From assembly GCF_006345805.1 (NCBI RefSeq), contig NW_021824495.1:1-18460 (forward strand): DNA of 18,460 nucleotides, written 5' to 3'. Below are positions 9,934 through 18,460 of the stretch, in pieces. This DNA comes from Octopus sinensis. Taxonomy: Eukaryota. The notes beneath the pieces were generated by a model. The model was not told the DNA's origin. It saw nothing but the letters and a program-made list of their open reading frames with translations, and searched no databases. Made by a program: the position numbers and the translations under genes. Positions within the stretch are counted from its first letter, which is position 1, and each line of letters begins with the position of its first letter.

Positions 9934-10077
9934 TGTATGTATGTATGCATGCATGCAAGTATGTATGTATGTATGTATGTATGTATGCATGCATGTATGT
10001 ATGTATGTATGTATGTATGTATGTATGTATGTATGTATGTATATATGTATGCATGTATGTATGTATGTACGTATACT

Positions 10078-10111
<34 letters not shown>

Positions 10112-10250
10112 TGCATGCATGTATGTATGTATGTATGTATGTATGTATATATGTATGCATGTATGTATGCATGTACGTATACTTATATATGTATGTATAT
10201 ATATGTATGCATGTATGTATGTATATATGTATGTATGTATGTGTGTGTGT
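9199..10250. repeat. About 1.05 kb (TATG)n array with recurring variant modules
   Basis: TATG backbone. Module GTACGTATACTTATATA occurs at 9266, 9659, 9889, 10067 and 10173; CATGCAAG at about 9341, 9468, 9790 and 9952. This explains all MYVC and HTYI ORFs. Confidence 0.97.
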
Positions 10251-10260
10251 GAGTGTTTTT

Positions 10261-10485
10261 TATTCTTTTACATGATTCAGTCATCTGATTGCGGCAAGGC
10301 TGGAGTACCGTCTTCAGTGGGTTTTTTTAAGTCGAAGAAATCGACCCCAAGACTTATTCTTTGTAAGCCTAGTACTTATGCTATCGGTCGTTTTCGCCGA
10401 ACCGCTAAGTTATGAGGACCGTAAACACACCAACATCGATTGACAAGTGATGGCGGAGTGGAGGGCAAACAGACATACACGCATT

Positions 10486-10526
<41 letters not shown>

Positions 10527-10555
10527 CATATATATACATATATATATATAATATT

Positions 10556-10586
<31 letters not shown>

Positions 10587-10587
10587 C

Positions 10588-10677
<90 letters not shown>

Positions 10678-10895
10678 CGACGGGCTTAATAACACACACA
10701 CACCACACACACATATATATAATATATATATATCTATATATATATAGATATATATACACGACAGGCTTCTTTCAGTTTCCGTCTACCAAATCCCCTTGGT
10801 TGGCCCGAGGCTATGATAGAAGACATTTTCCCAAGGCGCCACGCAACCATGTGGTTGGGAAGCAAGCTTCTTATAATACAGCTACGCCTGCGCCT
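10261..10895 (-). mobile_element. SINE family B with an expanded internal (TA)n (about 270 bp) and a deletion removing the B box
   Basis: Head AGGCGCAGGCGTAGCTGTATT...AAGCTTGCTTCCCAACCACATGGTT|GCGTGGCGCC lacks the CCCGAGTTCACTCTCACT segment present in the 1811 copy. The 3' half at 10261-10485 is recognisable; (TA)n spans 10486-10757. Confidence 0.85.
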
Positions 10896-10920
10896 GTATG
10901 TATGTGTGTATGTATTCATT

Positions 10921-11008
10921 TATTTATTTCATTCATTGGAATGCAGCCATGCTGGCTTTGCTGGGTCACCACCTTCAAGTGCTTAGTCGACCAAATCGAC
11001 TCCAGTAT
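10921..11008 (-). mobile_element. 3' tail fragment of SINE family B
   Basis: Plus strand ATTGGAATGCAGCCATGCTGG...TTAGTCGACCAAATCGACTCCAGTA matches the tails of the other B copies. Confidence 0.7.
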
Positions 11009-11299
11009 GTTGTCTTCTTTTTTCAAGTTGGCAGTGGGCGGGGGCGGTTTCCGTGGATTAAGGTTGGCCATTGATCTGTACATGTACATGTCGAATTCAC
11101 AAGTCATTTTGAGGAAGTCTGGCTGTTAACTATATATGCAAATGTCTCCGTTACGATGCCACGATGTTATCGGAGTGAAAGGCCGCCAACTTTAGTCGCT
11201 ACATCCAGGTACCGATGGTGTCCGAAGACATTGCTGTCGGAAAGTAAAGAGCTGGAACAAATACAACGTGGTATTTTACTTCGCCCTCTAACTATTCCC

Positions 11300-11450
11300 G
11301 CTCTGAATTGCTATTTTCTTTCATCGATCCCGAAAGGTTGAACGGTAAAGTGAACTTAGGCGGGATTTGAACACAAATCAGAAATATTTGAAACAGATAC
11401 CGGGAGGCTTTCTAACTAACAATTTAACCACTCTACTAATTCACCGCCTT
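11300..11450 (-). mobile_element. Decayed SINE family A
   Basis: Plus strand ATCGATCCCGAAAGGTTGAACGGTAAAG, GCGGGATTTGAAC and terminal TCACCGCCTT. Confidence 0.6.
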
Positions 11451-12112
11451 ACAATAATCTAACTTCTTTCTACAACAGACAACAATTGACTGCAATAAAC
11501 TAACTTTATCTTTCGGTCAGCCTTGACTCTCGGTGGAACGAAAAACATAAGCTGAGATCCGAAAATATCAATTTATTGCAATCAGTTCAGAGTTTGTTTA
11601 TACGCGTAACCATATCATTATCTTGTTGTCTGAAGAGGGATTCCATGGAAATCAATATATACTGTGCAGAGAATAAATACAATGTCCGCTTTTGTTCCTT
11701 TCATATGCAACTAAACAAGGAAAGTCGACAAATGCTTTAAAAGCTTATGGAGCGTACAGTCTATAGAGTCTAGGCTATATAAATTCGCAAAAAAAAAAAA
11801 AGTTTATTCATTTTACGTATGCAGAAGCACACACGCGCTACATTTCTATTAAATTACACGTGAATGTGGTTGCCGCATCTATTAAAAAGCATGTAACATA
11901 GTGCAGACATATGTAACACCTTTTACATATGCAACACCACATACACGTTACATTAACACATTAGAAACATAACTATAGTGGTCACGTCCATTAGAAGTTG
12001 CCAGTGTATACAAATTCAGGTCTCTATTCTAGTTGAGATTAAAGACAGCCAGCAAAGAAAACAAAATATAATGGAAGTTGTGGTGATCTTTAGAGAGCGA
12101 GACTGGAACGAG

Positions 12113-12142
12113 AAGAGAGAGAGAGAGAGATAGGAGAGAGAT

Positions 12143-12227
<85 letters not shown>
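12113..12227. repeat. (GA)n microsatellite
   Basis: Direct reading; source of the poly-SL stretch in ORF 12029..12655. Confidence 0.97.
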
Positions 12228-12230
<3 letters not shown>

Positions 12231-12239
12231 TGATAAAAT

Positions 12240-12635
12240 TCTGATGGCTTGGTTATGTACATAAGAAATTCGCTCCGGATTCGTGGTTTTAGGTTCAGTT
12301 CAAATGCAGGGTACCTAGATGAAGGGTCTGCTACTTTCACTCTGGCCCAATTTTGTGAATGATTTCGGAATGGAAACTGTGGAAATCTATCACGTGTGTG
12401 TGTGAATATATTATATGTGTGTCTGTGCGTATGTGTGTGCTTGTCTCCCCGCTTGACAACCGCTGCTGGTGTGTATGTTCCCCTGTGAATTAGCATTTCG
12501 GCAAAAAAGAGGTCTATTGAATAAGTACCAGACTCTAAGTAGTGAAGTCGATTTGATCGACTAAACCTTTCAATGAGGTGATCCAGCATGGCCGTAGCCC
12601 GGAGACTAAAACAAGTTATAGAATAAAAGAATAAC
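12240..12635 (+). mobile_element. Diverged full-length SINE family B
   Basis: GGTTCAGTT (B-box-like), GGAAACTGTGGAAAT, internal TG tract, GCTTGACAACCGCTGCTGGTGTG, tail CCAGCATGGCCGTAGC...AACAAGTTATAGAATAAAAGAATAA. Confidence 0.8.
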
Positions 12636-13124
12636 AAAATGAAAAAAAATAACAAGAAGTAAGTTTGCCGCGAGGAAAAGGTTTTTTTTTTAAGAGGAAA
12701 TCTTTCAAAGGTAGCCAGCGCATTGCATTGAAGAAACTGAAACGAAATGATTTATAGTAAAACAGTTAATGATGCGAGTTAGAGAAAAAGAGTTACTCTT
12801 AAAAGGAAGTTGTGGCTATAATTAAATCTCAATTCAGGATTGAAACTAAATTCTTGTACTTCTATTACGTTTCGTAATGTAAACAGCACCACCCCTCATT
12901 TGTATGTCGTGTGACATTCATTTCTGATTTGTCTTTAATGAGAAATCGATTTTATTATGTAGCTTTTCTGATGAAAAGTAACTTTCTTCCGGTGTCAACG
13001 AGACGTTTCAATAAAACCATTTCTCCGCGGCCTTGCTCAATTTTGTTCTCTTTTTCAGTGGTTGACTCAGCACCGCTTCACCTCATAGACACCCAAAAGT
13101 TGTATAATCTCAGCCTACAATTTG

Positions 13125-13390
13125 GGATTCATAACTTTGATGCTATGTGCAGTTATAACCTGATGTGGAATCCCAACCTCAATATTATGTGGTGTGGTAT
13201 CGTTTACATTGTGTGTAGAGACGAGTCATAAACTGTACATTATGTGAAGACATAACCTTTACTTTACGTGGAGTTCTACCCTCTGCATTATGTAGGGCCA
13301 TAATCTATACAATATCTGGAATCATAAACTGCACGTTATGTGGAGTTCCGATCTACGCATTTTGAGGAGTTGTAACTTGAACATTAATGT
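13125..13390. repeat. Degenerate 24-bp tandem array, about 11 units, consensus approximately GGAGTCATAAACTGCACATTATGT
   Basis: Exact 24-bp register at 13222, 13246, 13270, 13294, 13318, 13342 and 13366; further units upstream with indels. Confidence 0.85.
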
Positions 13391-13649
13391 GAAGTGGAAT
13401 CATTACTATGAAACAAATTATATCATAATTCTTCAACTGACCAACGCTTCCACTTTGAACATCTAATATACCTGTTCTGACATTGTATTTTGCCCAATAT
13501 CAACTTCATGATAAACTGTTGCTCTTATTCCTGGACTTCTTCATAATCTATTTTCGTTCTTGTACTTTTTCTTTTAGGGTTCTTCACCTCCCGCCTCTTT
13601 CGTATATTTTCACAATTATTTCTCATTTATACGTCTCTCCTTTTCTTCT

Positions 13650-13864
13650 GGTTTTAAATTTTGCCACGAGGCTTGCAATTTAGGGGACAGGCATAAGCAT
13701 CTGACATCGATCCCAGTGTTCAACTGGTACTTATTTTATCGAGCCCGAAGGTATGACAGGCAAGCCGACCTCGGCGGAATAGAACTCAGACGAACGCAAA
13801 GACGGACGAAATGGTGCTAGGCATTTTGTCCGGCGTGCTAACGATTCTGTCAGCTCACCGCGCT
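13650..13864 (-). mobile_element. SINE family A monomer
   Basis: Plus strand CCCAGTGTTCAACTGGTACTTATTTTATCGA...CCTCGGCGGAATAGAACTCAGA...GGCGTGCTAACGATTCTGTCAGCTCACCG. Confidence 0.88.
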
Positions 13865-14907
13865 TTTCTCGCCATTCATCAAATACATTTCCTTTTCTGT
13901 AGAATCTTCTCTCCTTCTGTCTTCTATCTCCCTACTACACCTTTTATGTTCACCCTCCTCTTATTTCTATGTCACCCCTCCGCCATTTCATTTATTCACT
14001 CTCTCACACGCGCTCTCTTTCTCTTTCTCTCTCCTTCTTTTTCTTCCCTTCATCCGCCACATTTATGAAACGTTAATTGATTCTGTTCACATCCATTATG
14101 AAATTTATCTTATCTTTCATAGAATTTAGCAGGAAACGGTGAGAAAAGATCTCTTACTCTGTCCACCTCTCCGTCTTCCCATTCAAAAACTGGGACATTA
14201 ATAAAAGAAAAACCCGTTCTTTTCTTCTGCAAACGCTTTTCTTTGTGGTCTTTTTTTTTTGGCTTATAATTCATCGTTATTAATTATTATTATCATGACT
14301 TTTTCTTTTTCTTTTTGTTTTTTACTTATTTCGTTCGATGTTTTCTTCTATAACTACGGATATGAAATGTTAATGTTGACAAGTTTAATTGATCTTTTAT
14401 TTATTTATTTGGTTTTTTATATATATTTTTCTTTTTGCCCCTGTCGTACTTTCTTGCTCCCTTTAACGCCTCCAATTATAATGTTCGTTCTTCCTATCTT
14501 AACCAGTACTTCTACCATGCCTTTGCTCACCTTCTTATTCCATCTCTTCTTCCTATTCTCTCGCCTTGTCCTCATTCAAGAATTTCATTAAGCAACAAAA
14601 AGTAATTTGAAGAAAAAAGCAAAGAAAAAAAAACAGAAGAAAGAGGCGGAAAAGAATTAAAATAAAAAAGCAATGAATTTAAAGAAAAGAAAAATGGCGG
14701 AGGAATTGATAGCGACGTGTGTACCTCGCAAGATTTGAACAATATTGAAAATCTTTTTTGATTGGAGGTCAACAGTTGTCATGATCTGAAAATGGTGTTG
14801 TCTCTTTGAATTTTCTGTGATTTCTTCGCCTTTAACGAACTCCATAACATCAACCAACACCATAGAAAAACACAATAACCATGTACTCGCATTCCTTTAC
14901 TTTCTGT

Positions 14908-15027
14908 ATATGTGTGTGTGTATATATGTATATGCATGTGTGTGTGTATTCGTGTGTATTTGCATGTGTGTGTGTGTCCGTGTGTGTGTGTTTGCGCATA
15001 TGTATATTTATGTATATGTGTGTGTGT
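14908..15027. repeat. Degenerate (TG)n/(TA)n tract
   Basis: Direct reading. Confidence 0.85.
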
Positions 15028-15065
15028 CACGAAAAATATTGTATAGCTGTATTTGTTCTAGCTCT

Positions 15066-15218
15066 CTACGTTTTGAATTCAAACCCCACCTTCATCAGAT
15101 TTACATTTCATCCTTCCTGGCTCGATAAAACATGTACCAGTCATGTACTGGGGTAGATAATATCAACTTAAACACCCTCTTCCCTTAAAAACGCTGGCCT
15201 TGTGCCTAAATCTGAAAG
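15066..15218 (+). mobile_element. 5'-truncated SINE family A
   Basis: GAATTCAAAC, TTTCATCCTTCCTGGCTCGATAAAACATGTACCAG, ACTGGGGTAGAT, tail GCTGGCCTTGTGCCTAAATCTGAAA. Confidence 0.75.
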
Positions 15219-15375
15219 TGTATGACTATCTCTTATATAAGAGAAGTGTTCTTCATGCTCAGTCATTCTAACTCATGCTCTCTTCTGTGTGCCACCAGCT
15301 GCAGACAAATAACGAAATGTATTCCAATCGAAATAAACGAAACGGAGATTACAGAGTGAGGTAGCTTTTAACAAA

Positions 15376-15479
15376 TCACCTGACGAGACACATCTACATC
15401 TAATAATGCACCGCAACTAGTTGTACAGCATCACACCCGCAAGGCACGAGTGCGCGATGGTTCGAAACGACCGTAGTGA
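15376..15479 (+). ncRNA. Type I hammerhead ribozyme with a complete catalytic core and an enlarged stem-loop II
   Basis: Stem I UCAC(15376-79)/GUGA(15476-79); core CUGACGA(15380-86); stem II GACACAUC(15387-94)/GAUGGUUC(15456-63), 6 of 8 paired including G10.1-C11.1; GAAA(15464-67); stem III ACG/CGU; GUA triplet, predicted cleavage after 15475. Confidence 0.7.
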
Positions 15480-15498
15480 ATTCCATTTTCACTTGCTC

Positions 15499-15577
15499 TC
15501 ATATGTTGTATATATATACAATATATATATATATATCTATATCTATATATATGATATATATATATATAATACATACA
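15499..15577. repeat. Interrupted (TA)n
   Basis: Direct reading. Confidence 0.9.
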
Positions 15578-15690
15578 TATTCTGAAAAGTTCCTGCTTTT
15601 AATGGTATCAAATGGAATAACATCATAATAACTAATCCGCCTGGATTTTCTTTTACACAAACCCAGAAGTTTTCTACATTCTCTCGTGTA
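15578..15690. mobile_element. Possible decayed Tc1/mariner-type MITE remnant
   Basis: CTGAAAAGTTCCTG near the left end and an imperfect inverted copy CCAGAAGTTTTCTAC...CTCGTGTA near the right end resemble mariner terminal inverted repeats (recall only). Confidence 0.3.
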
Positions 15691-15768
15691 CACACACACA
15701 CACACACTGTTAATGATATATATACATACCTAAAGACAAACAATTAAGTAAAGGAATTGTATAAAATT

Positions 15769-15908
15769 CTGGTACTTACTTAATCGACCCCGAAAGGATG
15801 AAAGGCAAAGTCGATCTCAGCGGAATTTGAACTCAGAACGTAAAGACAGGCGAAATACTGCTAAGCATTTCTCCCAGCGTGCTAACGTTTCTGCCACCTC
15901 GCCGCCTT
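15769..15908 (-). mobile_element. 3'-truncated SINE family A
   Basis: Head AAGGCGGCGAGGTGGCAGAAACGTTAGCACGCTGG, B box GAGTTCAAATTCC, ends at AAGTACCAG. Confidence 0.9.
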
Positions 15909-15916
15909 TTAAAAAG

Positions 15917-16313
15917 AATCTTTTCTACTCTAGGACAAGGTCCGAGATTTTTAGAGAGAGAGCTAATCGATTAGATTGACCCCAGTGCGAAACTGGTACT
16001 TAATTTATAGACCCCGAAAGAATGAAAGGCAAATCGACCTCGGCGGAATTTGAACTCAGAACGTAAAGACAGACGAAATACCTATTTCTTTACTACCCAA
16101 AGAGGGATAAACACAGAGAGGACAAACAAGGACAGACAAACGGATTAAGTCGATTAGATCGACCCCAGTACGCAGCTGGTACTTAATTTATCGACTCCGA
16201 AAGGATGAAAGGCAAAGTCGACCTCGGCGGAATTTGAACTCAGAGCGTAACGCCAGACGAAATATGGCTACGCATTTCGCCCGGCGTGCTAACGATTCTG
16301 CCAGCTCGCCGCC
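15917..16313 (-). mobile_element. Composite (dimeric) SINE family A: head, one 184-bp body-plus-Tx1-like-tail unit, then body plus ordinary tail
   Basis: Head GGCGGCGAGCTGGCAGAATCGTTAGC; junction TAAAGAAATA|GGTATTTCGTC at 16083/16082; period 184 bp (16265 versus 16081); ends CCTTGTCCTAGAGTAGAAAAGA. Confidence 0.92.
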
Positions 16314-16811
16314 CTAACTGCATAAAATTAACTGCATGAAGACCATTCTTACACCCAAACACCTTGACGAAGCGAAATGAAACTCGTAGAGAGATAGACA
16401 TGTGGAGAACATGAGAAACAAAAACAAAAAAAAAGAAGAAAACAGAAGGATCGACGTAAATGCATGGAGTGCCAATTAGTGAGGGCCTCAGTCTTGGAAT
16501 TCACTAGGGGTCCTGCCAGTATTGCAAACAATATTCGGAATTACAGAAAACATATTTCTATAATATTATATATTAGATGTAAGTTGTGTATATGTATACG
16601 TGCATGTGTGTAGGTGCGTGTACGTATGTGCAAGAGTAAGAACGAGAGTGAGAGAGAGAGGCAGAGGAAATTAGTTATCTTCCATATCAAAGAACAAAAA
16701 ACAAAACCTGCGTTCAGTGTGCTTTATGATAATAATTGGAGTATTTTGGGGTGTAACACACGAGAAGCGGACTTGGACATCCACGACCCAGCATGCATGC
16801 GAGCAATTGTT

Positions 16812-16943
16812 CACACACACACCACACACACACATATATATACACACACTGGCTTACACACGCGTCAACACATACACACACACAAACACCACGCACGCAC
16901 ATACGCACCGTGAGCGCGCCACACACTATAACGCTCTTATGTG

Positions 16944-16975
<32 letters not shown>

Positions 16976-17041
16976 AGTATATATATATAATATCTATGTA
17001 TATAGTATATATATATATATATATATAATATATATGTAATA

Positions 17042-17083
<42 letters not shown>

Positions 17084-17091
17084 TATATATA

Positions 17092-17171
<80 letters not shown>

Positions 17172-17205
17172 TATATATATAATATATATTTATAGATATA
17201 TGCAC
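16812..17205. repeat. (CA)-rich tract followed by a long interrupted (TA)n
   Basis: Direct reading. Confidence 0.93.
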
Positions 17206-17304
17206 ATATATCTATAAACTCATGTATTTGTTGATAGACAGATATTAGAGAACGAGAGAAAGTGCGAAGAGATGAAGAGATGGAGAGCTGATTTGTGTTA
17301 AGAG

Positions 17305-17599
17305 ACTATACACACACACAACACACACACACACCACACACAACACAACACACACACCACACACACACACACATATATATATATGTATGTATATATATGT
17401 CTATATATACAAATGTGTGTGAGTGTATGTATATATATATATATATATATGTATGTATATACATATATATATATGTATGTGTGTGTATGTATATATATAT
17501 GCATGTATTATGTATGTATTTATGTATGCATGTCTGTGTGTAGCAGGAGTGTGGGGGAGACGGAGAGAGAGAGAGAGAAAGAAATTGATAGAGATAGAG

Positions 17600-17634
<35 letters not shown>

Positions 17635-17660
17635 AGAGAGAGAAAGAGGGAGAAATATAT
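17305..17660. repeat. Compound (CA)n-(TA/TATG)n-(GA)n microsatellites
   Basis: Direct reading. Confidence 0.93.
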
Positions 17661-18179
17661 AAAATAACTGGCATGGAAAACAGAGAAAACAGTTGGAAAA
17701 TGGTAGCGGCAAAGACGAAGAGTTAAAAGGAAGGATGAAAGAGTTTGAAGTATAAGAGAGAAAAGAAGAGGAAGAAAGAGAGAGAGCGAAAAGAGGGAGA
17801 AACGAAAGTGGGGGGATAAGAGAGAATGGGAGAAGCGGGGGGTAGAGAGGGAGAGAGAGAACACTGATTGGTTTATTCTAAGCATCCATATGTCAAAATG
17901 ACGACAGAATGGTTTAGTGAATAACCAACAGAAATAGATCTTTCTTGTATTTATAGCAAACATTGTTTAAATATTTCGTTATTTGTTTTTCTTTTTTCTA
18001 ATTTTCTGTGAATTATTCGCTGTTTGTTCGTTTTTTTTCTTCTTCTTATCTCACTTATAATATTGCCTTATGTTTCTCTGGGTGTTGTTGTCTAGGTTAT
18101 GCGTATTGTTGGTCTTGTTGTTGTTGTTGTTTAGTTGCAGGTCAATCTTGATTGAGCAGATAAACCTATGATCAAAGGC

Positions 18180-18358
18180 ATGTATATATATATATAATTA
18201 TGTCTGTTTGTACATGTATGTATATATATATATATATATATTTATGCATATATATGTGTGTGTGTGTGTATGTGCGTGTGCGCGCGTATATATTATATAT
18301 ATGTATGTGTATAGGTATATATTTGTATATAAATGCATGTATGTATATATGTATCTCC

Positions 18359-18394
<36 letters not shown>

Positions 18395-18440
18395 ATATAT
18401 GTACTTACATACAATGTATGTGTGTGTGTGTTTGGGTGCG
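18180..18440. repeat. Compound (TA)n-(TG)n-(CT)n microsatellites
   Basis: Direct reading. Confidence 0.92.
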
Positions 18441-18460
18441 TGTATTGCATAGTCTAGTTC

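Noticed and set aside
9199-10415. Very long ORFs (up to 334 aa) of MYVC and HTYI repeats
   Set aside because: They are translations of the (TATG)n array, which lacks stop codons in several frames.
11889-11945. Three copies of ATG(T/C)AACA spaced 20 and 18 bp
   Set aside because: Too short and irregular to distinguish from background CA-rich low complexity.
12029-12655. 208-aa minus-strand ORF
   Set aside because: It runs across a SINE B copy and a (GA)n tract; not a gene.
14725-14785. Possible minus-strand exon IMTTVDLQSKKIFNIVQILR within ORF 14657..14875
   Set aside because: Weak acceptor and donor and no recognised homology; compatible with chance.

Overview
This is AT-rich, repeat-saturated eukaryotic DNA with no supportable protein-coding gene; it reads as intronic or intergenic. 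The retroposon families match, from recall, those typical of Octopus genomes (inference, no database search). Nearly all long ORFs in the supplied track are translations of microsatellites or SINEs. The window holds about 20 copies or fragments of at least four tRNA-derived SINE families, a 5'-truncated Tx1/L1-like LINE 3' end inside a (GATA)n array, a Penelope-like terminal fragment inside (TA)n, a possible mariner-type MITE remnant and many simple repeats. Three things stand out. (1) A type I hammerhead ribozyme with a complete catalytic core lies at 15376-15479 (+), with a minimal variant hammerhead at 7726-7764 (-) and a possible decayed one at 12994-13066 (-). (2) A composite SINE carries an internal 184-bp unit ending in a copy of the 3' terminus of the Tx1-like LINE found in this same window, with an identical junction at three places. 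(3) A degenerate 24-bp tandem array lies at 13125-13390.
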